Positions 20,067-28,652 of a stretch of DNA of 64,000 nt are shown here, piece by piece. This DNA comes from a virus. Taxonomy: Duplodnaviria; Heunggongvirae; Uroviricota; Caudoviricetes. The notes under the pieces are model-generated. The model was given only the letters and a program-made list of their open reading frames with translations, was not told where the DNA came from and did not search any database. The stretch covers positions 47,478 through 111,477 of the IMG/VR virus record IMGVR_UViG_3300025913_000024, one strand, 5' to 3'. A program made the translations under genes and the position numbers. Positions within the stretch are counted from its first letter, which is position 1. The number at the start of each line of letters is the position of its first letter.

Positions 20067-21845
20067 ATGTCAGGTGGAATCACCGGAAGAATGAACAGCG
20101 AATTGCGCGAAGCTATCACTGATAAGCTTTACCGCGATGAGCGCTCCTACCGCGACGACAAGCTCGTTGAAAAGTGGAACAGAATTCCCGAGGTAGGAAA
20201 GAATATTAAGAAGCTCGACGAAGGAACCGCAAGGCTCTTGGCTCGTCACTTGGAAAACCAAGCTCGCTTCATGGGTCGCTTGACTGAGGCCCAACTCTCT
20301 AGCGGATTCCAGGGTTTCTCCCCTGAGAACATGCTTCGTTTGGTTCGTTTGGCATACCCAAACACCATCAGAAACAAGCTCTTCACCGAGTTCGCAATGG
20401 AATCCGCAAAGGACTCCATCAAGTATATCCGCCCTGTCTACACCACCACCGCTAACGGTCAGAACTTGAACGATCGTACCTTCGGTGTTCCTGGTTGGTC
20501 AAACGCTGGCGATGCCTACGATCCTGCCGATCCTTGGAACCTTAACGGTTCGAACGACATCAACAACAGCGACTACCGCAGAGCAATGTACGAAACCAAC
20601 GAAGATCGTTACACCAACCCAATGGCTAACGCTCTTGTTGCAACTTTCGACGGAACTCACACTTGGACCGTTTACGACTCTGTTAAGGCAGTTCAGACGT
20701 TCTCTGCCGTTACCGACACATCAGCTGTTGCTAACGTTGGTGGAACCACTCTAACCCTTAACACCACCGGAACTTGGGTCATCTATGGTACTCTTACCAT
20801 CGGTACCACCCACGCCGCAGTCGGTTCTTCTGCCTTCTCTCTCGGCTACGTCGATGGATACGCTTCTCTCTTCACTGCAGCAGACAGCTATCCTCCTTCC
20901 GCCGGAACTGGTTGGCACCTTCAGGAGCAGAACGTCATCGCTACTCAGAACAAGACTGGCGCTGCTCTCTCCGTTAACGGATCTTGGATGATCAAGTCTG
21001 GATCCACTCTCACCATCACCGCAACCTCCCTCGTTGGTGTGTTCGCTCTCGGTGGTGCAGATGCCGCAAACGTCCGCGGTGGTTATGGCCGTTTTAACCC
21101 AGAAGGTGACTTCCAGGGTAACTTCCTTGGTGAAGTTGAGTTGATCATGACCGACTACTGGTTCAGACCACAGCCAACTACCATTGGTGTTACGTGGAGC
21201 CAGTTGACCGAGCTTGTTCTCGACACCTCCTTCGGAGTTGCCGCTGAGGAGCTCTTGGTTGACTACGCTGGCCAGGAAATCAAGAGATCTCTCGACGTTC
21301 GCGCCGTAAAGATCGCTTACCAAGCCGCCAAGATGAACCCAAGCTACTACACGATCACCTTTGATGCATCCTCTGGAAATAGCACGGACGACTCTTACCT
21401 CTCTACCGCTCAGACCTTCACTCAGGCTATCGCCCGTGTTGCAGACGTTCAATTGAACGATATCAACCGTGGTGGAGTTAGCCGAATGGTTGGTGGACCT
21501 GCAGCAATGACTTACCTCCGCATGGTCGGTGGTTTCTCTGCTAAGGGCCAGATGACCCCAGTCGGTGGTCACCAGATTGGAGAGCTTCAGGGCATTCCAT
21601 TGTTCAAGGTTCCTTCTAACGTCATCCCTGATGACGAGATCCTTTGTGTTTGGAAGAACGACGAGAACGAGGCAGACGTTGCAGTTGCCTTCGGTACCTT
21701 GGTTCCTTTCTTCAGCACTGGTATCATCCAGAGGAAGAACTTCTACAAGGAAGCAGGTCTTTCGACCTACGGTGACTGGAACGTTCTAAACAGACGTTAC
21801 CTTGGTCTTATCAAGATCACCGGTCTCCGCCAGCTCCAGAACTAA
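20067..21845 (+). CDS. major capsid protein, T4 gp23-like
   Basis: N-terminal region (KWNRIPEVGKNIKKLDEGTARLLARHLENQARFMG, then VRLAYPNT) aligns by eye with the T4 gp23 Delta-region (KWKPLLEGEGLPEIANSKQAIIAKIFENQEKDF, then VRRAIPNL). Strong RBS AAAAGGAAAAC; about 592 aa; followed by a terminator. Confidence 0.7.
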   Translation: MSGGITGRMNSELREAITDKLYRDERSYRDDKLVEKWNRIPEVGKNIKKLDEGTARLLARHLENQARFMGRLTEAQLSSGFQGFSPENMLRLVRLAYPNTIRNKLFTEFAMESAKDSIKYIRPVYTTTANGQNLNDRTFGVPGWSNAGDAYDPADPWNLNGSNDINNSDYRRAMYETNEDRYTNPMANALVATFDGTHTWTVYDSVKAVQTFSAVTDTSAVANVGGTTLTLNTTGTWVIYGTLTIGTTHAAVGSSAFSLGYVDGYASLFTAADSYPPSAGTGWHLQEQNVIATQNKTGAALSVNGSWMIKSGSTLTITATSLVGVFALGGADAANVRGGYGRFNPEGDFQGNFLGEVELIMTDYWFRPQPTTIGVTWSQLTELVLDTSFGVAAEELLVDYAGQEIKRSLDVRAVKIAYQAAKMNPSYYTITFDASSGNSTDDSYLSTAQTFTQAIARVADVQLNDINRGGVSRMVGGPAAMTYLRMVGGFSAKGQMTPVGGHQIGELQGIPLFKVPSNVIPDDEILCVWKNDENEADVAVAFGTLVPFFSTGIIQRKNFYKEAGLSTYGDWNVLNRRYLGLIKITGLRQLQN

Positions 21846-21871
21846 TCTAGACTAGATTCTTAAGTCAAGAA

Positions 21872-21899
21872 AAACCCTCTCGAAAGAGAGGGTTTTTTA
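21872..21899 (+). terminator. rho-independent terminator (GAAA tetraloop)
   Basis: CCCTCTC-GAAA-GAGAGGG followed by T6. Confidence 0.85.
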
Positions 21900-21927
21900 T
21901 TTTATACTTAGACATAAGGAAAACTAT

Positions 21928-22458
21928 ATGACACACTACTTCAGCACAGAAGATCTAGAACGACTCATGATGAATCAGATCCAATACCAAAAGGATCTAG
22001 ATGAAGAATTTAAGGTTCCTCTTCTTGACATTGGTTCAACTCTTGAACGTCACCTTCGAAGCATTGAGATCCCATCGGATAGAGTCAAGATCTTGGTGAT
22101 GAACACCTCTGTTGAGAAGTTCACCATCAACAACACTGAGGTGATCATCCATGCAAAGCCGATCCCAACTCTGGAGTCAAAGGATCTCGAGTTCTTTCCA
22201 GAGCAAAAGAGATACATTGAAGAAAACATTCAAGACGTGTTTGATACTCTGACAGAGTTCGACTTCTTGGTCTTCGGTCTTTTCATCCCATATGTGTTGA
22301 ATGGAACCATGACTTGGAACACTGACATCAATGAACAACCTAACGCTCTTAAGACCTCAGCCTTCTTGGGAGGTTACATGGTCTTAACCACAAAGACATC
22401 TCCTTACTCGTTGGATGCTTACTCCAAGGAATGGAGAAAGATGCTTGACAATAGTTAG
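21928..22458 (+). CDS. capsid-protein-terminus mimic family member A (176 aa)
   Basis: N-terminal LERLMMNQIQYQKDL and C-terminal FLVFGLFIPYVLNGT motifs shared with the major capsid protein and three tandem paralogues. Confidence 0.6.
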   Translation: MTHYFSTEDLERLMMNQIQYQKDLDEEFKVPLLDIGSTLERHLRSIEIPSDRVKILVMNTSVEKFTINNTEVIIHAKPIPTLESKDLEFFPEQKRYIEENIQDVFDTLTEFDFLVFGLFIPYVLNGTMTWNTDINEQPNALKTSAFLGGYMVLTTKTSPYSLDAYSKEWRKMLDNS

Positions 22459-22487
22459 GTTTATACTATGTTGATTAGGAGATCCTT

Positions 22488-23030
22488 ATGATCGAAGTTC
22501 CAGAAACAGAACTCTATGGAATGTTTCAAAACCAACTTAAGTTCCAAGAAAGACTTCCTGAGACTAACACTTTTCTAAAGTTCCTTCCTCCGATCGATGT
22601 GGGAACTAAGATTAGAAAGGTCTTTGGAACTCTAAATGTTCCTGAGAATACTAAAATCATCTCTTTGGATACAGCCAAAGCTGCCTATTCTTACAAAAAA
22701 GATGCTCTAGATAAAGCTCTTTTCTTTCCAGAAGAAGGAGATTCTGTCTACTACTTCAGAGTTAGACCAATCTCCTTACTAGGTGAAGTTTACACCCATC
22801 CTTCAGATCAAGAAAGAGACTTTTTCTTAGATTTCAAGAACAATCTAGAAAACTTCATTAACGAGATCTCAAACAAAACAAATGATCCTTCTAAAAAGAT
22901 AGTTCTAGGAATTCTAGTTCCATTCTTCCTTACTGGAGCTATTCAAAGAGAGAACTTCTTCAAGGACTCTCAATTGGCTCTGTATGGGGATTGGACCACT
23001 ATTGATGTTCAGGTAAAATCAGATGATTGA
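22488..23030 (+). CDS. capsid-protein-terminus mimic family member B (180 aa)
   Basis: N-terminal MFQNQLKFQERL. C-terminal VLGILVPFFLTGAIQRENFFKDSQLALYGDW is nearly identical in pattern to the capsid C-terminus GTLVPFFSTGIIQRKNFYKEAGLSTYGDW. Confidence 0.65.
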   Translation: MIEVPETELYGMFQNQLKFQERLPETNTFLKFLPPIDVGTKIRKVFGTLNVPENTKIISLDTAKAAYSYKKDALDKALFFPEEGDSVYYFRVRPISLLGEVYTHPSDQERDFFLDFKNNLENFINEISNKTNDPSKKIVLGILVPFFLTGAIQRENFFKDSQLALYGDWTTIDVQVKSDD

Positions 23031-23529
23031 AGAGACTTTGATAAAGGTGATCTCCCAATCTCAGCTTGATCAACTTTACGAGAACCAAAAAAACTATTAC
23101 TACACCCTAAACGACCATCATCCTTTGGTAGATGCTCTCCCTCTCTATAAGGTCAAAGAAGCCTTGGAACAAGTCTTTCAAGGTCTCAATGTTCCAAATA
23201 ATGTTGATTTTCATGTTGTAAGTAACCCAAACGGATTGAATGATCCAGGAGATTGGTACAACTATGATAGGTTTACCGATGAAGGAGAGAAGGTCTCAGT
23301 TCAATATTGGTTTAGACTTTATCCTGGAAAGGTCATAGTAGAGTTGACTCCATCGTTCTTAGATGATTACAAGAAAGAGTTTCAGAACTACATCAACAAG
23401 AACTTAGCAGAGATTAAGAGATGGCATCCTAGAAAAAAGATGGTCATGACGATTGCCATTTGGATTCCTTTCTGGTTTAACACTTCAAGTAGAAATGTGA
23501 ACTTGTTCGGCGACCATCTCATTCATTAA
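23023..23529 (+). CDS. capsid-protein-terminus mimic family member C (168 aa)
   Basis: N-terminal LDQLYENQKNYYYTL and C-terminal MTIAIWIPFWFNTSSRNVNLFGDHL. Confidence 0.6.
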   Translation: MIEETLIKVISQSQLDQLYENQKNYYYTLNDHHPLVDALPLYKVKEALEQVFQGLNVPNNVDFHVVSNPNGLNDPGDWYNYDRFTDEGEKVSVQYWFRLYPGKVIVELTPSFLDDYKKEFQNYINKNLAEIKRWHPRKKMVMTIAIWIPFWFNTSSRNVNLFGDHLIH

Positions 23530-23538
23530 GGAAAAAGT

Positions 23539-24492
23539 ATGAAACTATCTTATGAACAAAAGATTCAAATCTTAATTGATAATCAACTAAAGTACATGAA
23601 AACTCTTAAAGACGAAGACAAGAAACGTTTTCCCTTTAAAGAAGAACATGTAGAAAAGATGGTAAGAACCATCTTCAAAGAAGATGGTGTGATCAATCAA
23701 ATGTTTGATTGGACAACTTCTCCTGTAGGAGAACCATTAACCACAGATTACCTGGTAACATCTATGTCTGGTCCAGAAGATGGGATTCCAGAAGTTACTC
23801 TTGATATAAAAACCCATACGTTCACAAAGGGTCATCATTCTTATCTAGTAACATCGTCATCTAAACTTGACGAGATTAAAGAAAGTATGAAAATATGGGG
23901 AGAAGAAGTTCTTATTCAGATTGTAGCTGAAGCACTACGAAACAGTTTAGGGTCTCGTTTCATCAAAGAGATTCAAAAAATCATTGAGTTGAATCCTTAT
24001 TACAAAAGCCTATTTGATATACCTTTCTCTATAGAAGAGACAGAGGGAAGATCGTTTGTTAAATCGGTAGACGTTTCATTCGTTCAAAATTATGTTCATG
24101 CTGAAGCAAGTATGTACAGACAACTCACTAGAGGTGGAGTTACTCATATTTTATCAGGTGTTTTAATGGATTCTTATTGGAGAGTCCACCAGCAATTTGA
24201 TTGGAGATCTGCTACTCAACCAGTTTTTATTCATAGAACGGGATCTATCCAAGGAATCCAGATGTGGAGAGGCCCAAAACATCTTATTGAAGAAAGTTCT
24301 GGTTATTTTCTTTGGAAAAATCCAGATATAGAAGAAGATAAGCTAATGACTCTCGCTATTCAAACCCCTTTTATTTTAAGTAACAGATCAAACGATTTCT
24401 CTTCTAACGAGTTCTTCTTTGACGGAGACTTAGTAGTCTTTCAACCAGGATACGTAAGAGAGATTAAACTCTTAGGTTTGCCATCCATCTAA
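23539..24492 (+). CDS. capsid-protein-terminus mimic family member D (317 aa)
   Basis: N-terminal ILIDNQLKYMKTL and C-terminal LMTLAIQTPFILSNRSNDFSSNEFFFDGDLV. Confidence 0.6.
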   Translation: MKLSYEQKIQILIDNQLKYMKTLKDEDKKRFPFKEEHVEKMVRTIFKEDGVINQMFDWTTSPVGEPLTTDYLVTSMSGPEDGIPEVTLDIKTHTFTKGHHSYLVTSSSKLDEIKESMKIWGEEVLIQIVAEALRNSLGSRFIKEIQKIIELNPYYKSLFDIPFSIEETEGRSFVKSVDVSFVQNYVHAEASMYRQLTRGGVTHILSGVLMDSYWRVHQQFDWRSATQPVFIHRTGSIQGIQMWRGPKHLIEESSGYFLWKNPDIEEDKLMTLAIQTPFILSNRSNDFSSNEFFFDGDLVVFQPGYVREIKLLGLPSI

Positions 24493-24509
24493 CTATTAAC
24501 TAATTTAAC

Positions 24510-24761
24510 ATGCCACTAAAACCTCGAATCGGTGTCCACTACGAAAGCATCAGGCCACAAGAAACCGCTGAGATGGCCATTCAACGACTTAAGATCAGAC
24601 CTAAGGATTGGGTCATTCTTCCTATCATCAAACTTTCTGGATCTCAAAAGATCCTTCCACTTAAGTTCTCAGGTATCTCAGACTCGATGACTAAGATCGA
24701 AGGACCTGGTTTTATCATTGAAAAAATGTACGATCTTTTGACTAAATCCCAAATCTCTTAA
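24510..24761 (+). CDS. hypothetical protein (83 aa)
   Basis: ORF co-oriented with neighbours. Confidence 0.45.
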   Translation: MPLKPRIGVHYESIRPQETAEMAIQRLKIRPKDWVILPIIKLSGSQKILPLKFSGISDSMTKIEGPGFIIEKMYDLLTKSQIS

Positions 24762-24772
24762 GATATTGTAAG
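24759..24772 (+). promoter_or_regulatory. TAAGATATTGTAAG promoter-like motif
   Basis: Variant of the recurrent motif, 13 nt before ATG 24786, at the start of a GC-rich island. Confidence 0.4.
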
Positions 24773-24785
24773 ACGAGAGGTGAAC

Positions 24786-25082
24786 ATGATCGGAAAACTG
24801 ATTGGTGGTGTGGTCCTCGTGATCATCGCTGCTATTCTGTTCTGGCTGATTTGGGGTCTTCTGACCCCCTGGATCGTCAATTCCATCCCCGCTGGGGAGT
24901 GGAAAGCTTTCATGGGTGTGGTGGTCACCATCGTCGTGGGTTGGTTTGGAGGAATCGTTCTTCCTCTGGTCCCCCTGATTGCTGGTATCGTCTTCATCTT
25001 CAAGTTCTTCGGTCAGGCTTTTGCCTTGGCCACCGGTTCGAACATCGGTAAGTATCGTTACCGTGGTCGTCCCTACCAGTAA
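24786..25082 (+). CDS. small integral membrane protein (3 TM), on a GC-rich island
   Basis: RBS GAGAGG; hydrophobic throughout; noticeably higher GC than the flanks; followed by a terminator. Confidence 0.6.
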   Translation: MIGKLIGGVVLVIIAAILFWLIWGLLTPWIVNSIPAGEWKAFMGVVVTIVVGWFGGIVLPLVPLIAGIVFIFKFFGQAFALATGSNIGKYRYRGRPYQ

Positions 25083-25103
25083 GAACTTTCAGTTTTGTTA
25101 AAG

Positions 25104-25129
25104 ATCCTCCCGAAAGGGAGGATTTTTTA
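25104..25129 (+). terminator. rho-independent terminator (GAAA tetraloop)
   Basis: ATCCTCCC-GAAA-GGGAGGAT followed by T6. Confidence 0.85.
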
Positions 25130-25149
25130 TTGTCTTCTAGATATACTAC

Positions 25150-25162
25150 TGAGATATTGTAG
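25150..25162 (+). promoter_or_regulatory. TGAGATATTGTAG promoter-like motif (only 5 nt before ATG, so a leaderless transcript is possible)
   Basis: Exact consensus copy. No Shine-Dalgarno sequence lies between the motif and ATG 25168. Confidence 0.45.
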
Positions 25163-25167
25163 CCATC

Positions 25168-25392
25168 ATGGATGAACTTACTTGGGAACAGGTGAAAGAC
25201 GGTAAGCACGAAGAGTGGAACGCCGTCCAGAAAGATCACGTTCAGGCTTACATCAAGAGACTCTCTGCTTTTCGTCTCGATGTGAAGTTTCGGAACCCGA
25301 CCATTGAGGACTTTGAGTTCCTCGGTTCTTTGGGAGAAGCTAAGTCTTTGACCCGAGAAGAACTGGCTAAGGTCGAACCCATCTCAAAGTAG
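25168..25392 (+). CDS. hypothetical protein (74 aa)
   Basis: GC-rich island ORF with no RBS. Confidence 0.45.
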   Translation: MDELTWEQVKDGKHEEWNAVQKDHVQAYIKRLSAFRLDVKFRNPTIEDFEFLGSLGEAKSLTREELAKVEPISK

Positions 25393-25399
25393 GAATAAC

Positions 25400-25612
25400 A
25401 TGGCCGAAGTTCACGCCGAGATTGAATATATCCATCCCACCGAAGGACACTCTGTCCACAGTGACATCTGTCCTCCTGATTGTGACTCTGAAGGACTTTC
25501 TGATCTTGAGTATCGGAAGTTTCTTCATGATTGTCTTGACGAGTGGTTGGACAAGTCCAAAGGCACTGGCATCTTCTACATCAAGAATGTCGATGCTAAG
25601 ATTGATTTTTAA
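25400..25612 (+). CDS. hypothetical Cys/His-containing protein (70 aa)
   Basis: RBS GGAATAAC; contains HSVHSDICPPDCD. Confidence 0.45.
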   Translation: MAEVHAEIEYIHPTEGHSVHSDICPPDCDSEGLSDLEYRKFLHDCLDEWLDKSKGTGIFYIKNVDAKIDF

Positions 25613-25632
25613 CCTGTAAAGGAACTAGAAGA

Positions 25633-25881
25633 ATGAGTCAGTATGTCAACGAAAACGTTGCCATTGAGTTTGCCCAGACGGGTACCTTGATTGGCAAGAC
25701 CGAGCCTTCCAGGGAAACCAAGTGGACCTGGTGGGAAGTTTATACCAAGGACGACAGAATCGTCGCTTGTGTTGTCGATGAAGAGAACGGAATCATCTGC
25801 GGAGAAGAGATCTCCAGGCAGGAACTCCCTGGATACGTTGACGATATCGAGAATGCCCTAGAGACCCTCGTGGAGGCCTAA
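25633..25881 (+). CDS. hypothetical protein (82 aa)
   Basis: RBS GGAACTAGAAGA region; GC-rich island. Confidence 0.45.
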   Translation: MSQYVNENVAIEFAQTGTLIGKTEPSRETKWTWWEVYTKDDRIVACVVDEENGIICGEEISRQELPGYVDDIENALETLVEA

Positions 25882-25882
25882 C

Positions 25883-26164
25883 ATGCCCGCAGTTCGATTT
25901 GAGTCCAATCTGGACGTCCTGAAAGGAAAGATAGGTGGAACCTTTGATCATTGGGAAGGAGAACTTCCTAAGGTTGGAGATCAACTAAGGATCACCACTC
26001 AGAAAGGAGAACTCAGATTCGAGATCTTGTCAAAGACATGGTTTCTTGGATCCTCTCCTACTTGTGTCTTTTACGTGAGTGTTCCTACCGATCTCTACAA
26101 GGAAGAAGGAACTTCTAAGATGAAGACTCTTCCTAAAGAATGGACTGACGTCTACTACAAGTAA
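25883..26164 (+). CDS. hypothetical protein (93 aa)
   Basis: Start adjacent to the upstream stop. Confidence 0.45.
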   Translation: MPAVRFESNLDVLKGKIGGTFDHWEGELPKVGDQLRITTQKGELRFEILSKTWFLGSSPTCVFYVSVPTDLYKEEGTSKMKTLPKEWTDVYYK

Positions 26165-26173
26165 GGAGATTCT

Positions 26174-26374
26174 ATGGACTTCGGAAAGTACTTTCAGAGC
26201 ATGTTGGACATCAATGCACAACGATGGAAGTTGGCTCTTACTCCTGAAGGGATCGTAATAGACATTGCCGCAATCCTTTTGATCGTAGGAATCACACTTT
26301 GGATCAAGTGGGATGACGTTCGAGATGTCTTCAGTACTCTTAAGAAGATGAGAGATCTTAAAAAGAAAAAGTAA
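26174..26374 (+). CDS. small membrane protein (66 aa)
   Basis: RBS AAGGAG; one TM helix. Confidence 0.45.
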   Translation: MDFGKYFQSMLDINAQRWKLALTPEGIVIDIAAILLIVGITLWIKWDDVRDVFSTLKKMRDLKKKK

Positions 26375-26381
26375 CAACATC

Positions 26382-26873
26382 ATGAAAAAATTTATCTTCC
26401 TCGATATTGACGGAGTTCTCGCAACCACTTGGCACAAACGCCTTGAGGATGGAGAGCTCTGTTTCAATGAGGCACCAGTCAGAAACTTTAACGATCTTTG
26501 TACGGCGGTACCTGATGCAAAGATCATCATCACCTCAACATGGCGTCTTGGTAGAACTGTTGATGAGTTGAGAGCTATCTTCAAGTTTAGAGGTTTTCTT
26601 TATCCTGAGAGGATCATCGATAAAACTCTCAGATTCTTCTACAACTACGACCTCAGCGATGGAACCTCTGCATCTAAAGGAGTTCCTAGAGGTGTTGAGA
26701 TCGCTCATTGGATGGATCATCATCTCATTGATGAGGATGAGATCTCCTACTTGATTCTTGATGACGACTCAGACATGATGCTCCGTCAAGGCAACCATTT
26801 CCTTCGAACCAATAGTTCTAGAGGTTTGACTTCGACAAACGTCAAAAGAGCGATTAAGATCCTAAATGGCTAG
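26382..26873 (+). CDS. HAD-superfamily phosphatase (polynucleotide-phosphatase or 5'-nucleotidase-like)
   Basis: Motif I FLDIDGVLA (DxDGV), motif II ITSTW, motif IV LILDDDSD. Confidence 0.55.
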   Translation: MKKFIFLDIDGVLATTWHKRLEDGELCFNEAPVRNFNDLCTAVPDAKIIITSTWRLGRTVDELRAIFKFRGFLYPERIIDKTLRFFYNYDLSDGTSASKGVPRGVEIAHWMDHHLIDEDEISYLILDDDSDMMLRQGNHFLRTNSSRGLTSTNVKRAIKILNG

Positions 26874-27060
26874 AACGATCCTCATCACCGGAAATTTTCC
26901 TATCTACAAAAACGGTCACAAGACTGGAAAGACTGAGTTCGTTGTCTCTCATGGAGTCAACGAAGAGACAGGAAGGAACGTGATTCTTCCCTGTGAACAC
27001 CCTGCCATGCTCGGTGCAAAGTTCGACTCACAACTTCAAGAGTGGGTGTTGGAGAATTAA
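26866..27060 (+). CDS. hypothetical protein (64 aa)
   Basis: Overlapping start. Confidence 0.4.
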   Translation: MARTILITGNFPIYKNGHKTGKTEFVVSHGVNEETGRNVILPCEHPAMLGAKFDSQLQEWVLEN

Positions 27061-27061
27061 T

Positions 27062-27256
27062 ATGCAAAGTCTCTACGATTGGTTTGATCCCAGTCTTATT
27101 ACTCATCTTCGTGCTTTACGGTATGCAGATGAACATGGCCATTTTCCTGAAGATTTCATCGTAAATGGTGTTGAGGTCGGGCCTACTGACATCATTGGTA
27201 TCTACGCTAAGGTAGCTCAAGCTCACCTTACCGAGAAGCTTGGACCAAGGAAATAA
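27062..27256 (+). CDS. hypothetical protein (65 aa)
   Basis: RBS GGAG 8 nt upstream of ATG 27062. Confidence 0.45.
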   Translation: MQSLYDWFDPSLITHLRALRYADEHGHFPEDFIVNGVEVGPTDIIGIYAKVAQAHLTEKLGPRK

Positions 27257-27258
27257 CC

Positions 27259-27705
27259 ATGTTCAGATTTTCAAAACCAAAAGAAGCTCCTACTCGTCAC
27301 GAAGTAGAAGAAGCCCAAGAACTTTACGACAAAGATCCTGAAGGTTTGGTCTTTTTCCGTAAACTCCAGTCCATGGAGCCACCCTACACTCTTAAGAGAC
27401 ACTTTGGATTTTTCTTCGGCGGAAACTCTTCCATCATGTACCAAGATACCCGAATTCATACTATGCAGGACTTGAGTGCTAAGGCAACAGTTCTCATAGC
27501 CAATGGTGCTTACAGAGAAGGTATGCTCCATCAATGGAATGAGACTCGAACCAAGGTTGATGAACTCATCTCTACTTTGAAGAAGACAGCTAAGAATCTC
27601 AAAGATGATACTTTGGTCTCAATGGCCGAAGGAATGGCCAACGAGATAATTGCCAAGACCATTGAAGAAGTGATCATTCAAGAGATCAAGAAACTTCGAT
27701 CATGA
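27259..27705 (+). CDS. hypothetical protein (148 aa)
   Basis: ORF in a co-oriented block. Confidence 0.5.
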   Translation: MFRFSKPKEAPTRHEVEEAQELYDKDPEGLVFFRKLQSMEPPYTLKRHFGFFFGGNSSIMYQDTRIHTMQDLSAKATVLIANGAYREGMLHQWNETRTKVDELISTLKKTAKNLKDDTLVSMAEGMANEIIAKTIEEVIIQEIKKLRS

Positions 27706-28082
27706 TGGCTCCTGTGTTTCCTTTTTTTATGTTCGCTGGACTCTTTTCTAAAAAGAAAGAAGAGACTAAGGTACCAGAGGTTCAAACTTATCCTGATCGA
27801 TTCTTCGCTTTAGATCAATCAGAGACTGAAAGACTCATGAAGGATCATGAAAATGGAGATCCTCATATCTCTTTCCGGGTCTACAAGAATCTTCAATACT
27901 ACCGAAAGTTGGTAGCTAATTACAACGAAAAGTACCAGATGTCAGTAGTCATTTCTCCTAACGAGATGAAGTTATTCAAGAAAGAAAGAGACGATGATCT
28001 AGAAGTACTCAGGGAGTACTCTCGTCAGATCATTGCTCATTTACGGGAAGAAGCTTTTACAGGATTTTATTGGAAAAAATGA
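27702..28082 (+). CDS. hypothetical protein (126 aa)
   Basis: ATGA start/stop overlap. Confidence 0.5.
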   Translation: MMAPVFPFFMFAGLFSKKKEETKVPEVQTYPDRFFALDQSETERLMKDHENGDPHISFRVYKNLQYYRKLVANYNEKYQMSVVISPNEMKLFKKERDDDLEVLREYSRQIIAHLREEAFTGFYWKK

Positions 28083-28223
28083 TGTCTAAAATTAAAACGT
28101 GTGATGAAAAAATTGTCTTTTGAACGATTTTTGCTCTTGTAGCAAGATCCAAATCTCTCCTCTTTATCTAGTTGTCATAGCAATCGGATTAGCTATAGGA
28201 ATTGCTTTGATCAAGGTTTTTAT

Positions 28224-28652
28224 ATGAGATTCACTCAAGAATGGTTTAGAAACTCACCACAAGAAGAAGTCAAGCTATTGAATGGTGAGGAAGTTTGGGT
28301 CTGCGATTACAGATTCACCTCATTAGGCAACAAGCCTATTCGAGTCATTGTTCCGACTCTTTGTATCATCCACGTCAGTTTTTACGTGGACAAGTACTAT
28401 CCTAGAGGAAACCCGATTCCTGTTGTAGAACTCAAGATCAAGAAGAACGGAAAAGATCTTAAGGTAGAAGACAACACAACGGCCTACAACAACTGGCTGA
28501 AGATCTTTAACGATGAACAAGAGTGCAGAGCTTTCTTCAGAGAACAAATGACCGAAAACCTTGATGACCTAGACGAGTGGGAAAAAGGTCAGATAGAAAG
28601 AGCTGCAGAACTCAGAGCTACAATGCACAAGCTCCTAAAGGAACACGGATGA
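28224..28652 (+). CDS. hypothetical protein (142 aa)
   Basis: Preceded by a 140-nt AT-rich spacer. Confidence 0.5.
   Translation: MRFTQEWFRNSPQEEVKLLNGEEVWVCDYRFTSLGNKPIRVIVPTLCIIHVSFYVDKYYPRGNPIPVVELKIKKNGKDLKVEDNTTAYNNWLKIFNDEQECRAFFREQMTENLDDLDEWEKGQIERAAELRATMHKLLKEHG

Noticed and set aside
19937-20122. 61-aa TTG-initiated ORF in the capsid leader
   Set aside because: It overlaps the capsid start and RBS, and there is no independent support. More likely it is leader RNA.
20751-21572. 273-aa minus-strand ORF inside the capsid gene. Likewise 8625-9179(-) inside nrdB, 57674-58420(-) inside the methyltransferase, and other antisense ORFs at 881-1385, 2004-2255, 6574-7086, 14143-14532, 15359-16123 and 17114-17503
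   Set aside because: All are antisense to well-supported genes. Their products are low-complexity (R/S/L-rich) and none has an RBS. They are typical shadow ORFs.
20067-21845. Alternative reading of the 592-aa protein as a tail sheath, because neighbours share its C-terminal motif
   Set aside because: The N-terminal 120 aa align convincingly with the T4 gp23 Delta-region and mature N-terminus. Sheath proteins do not carry the ENQ motif.
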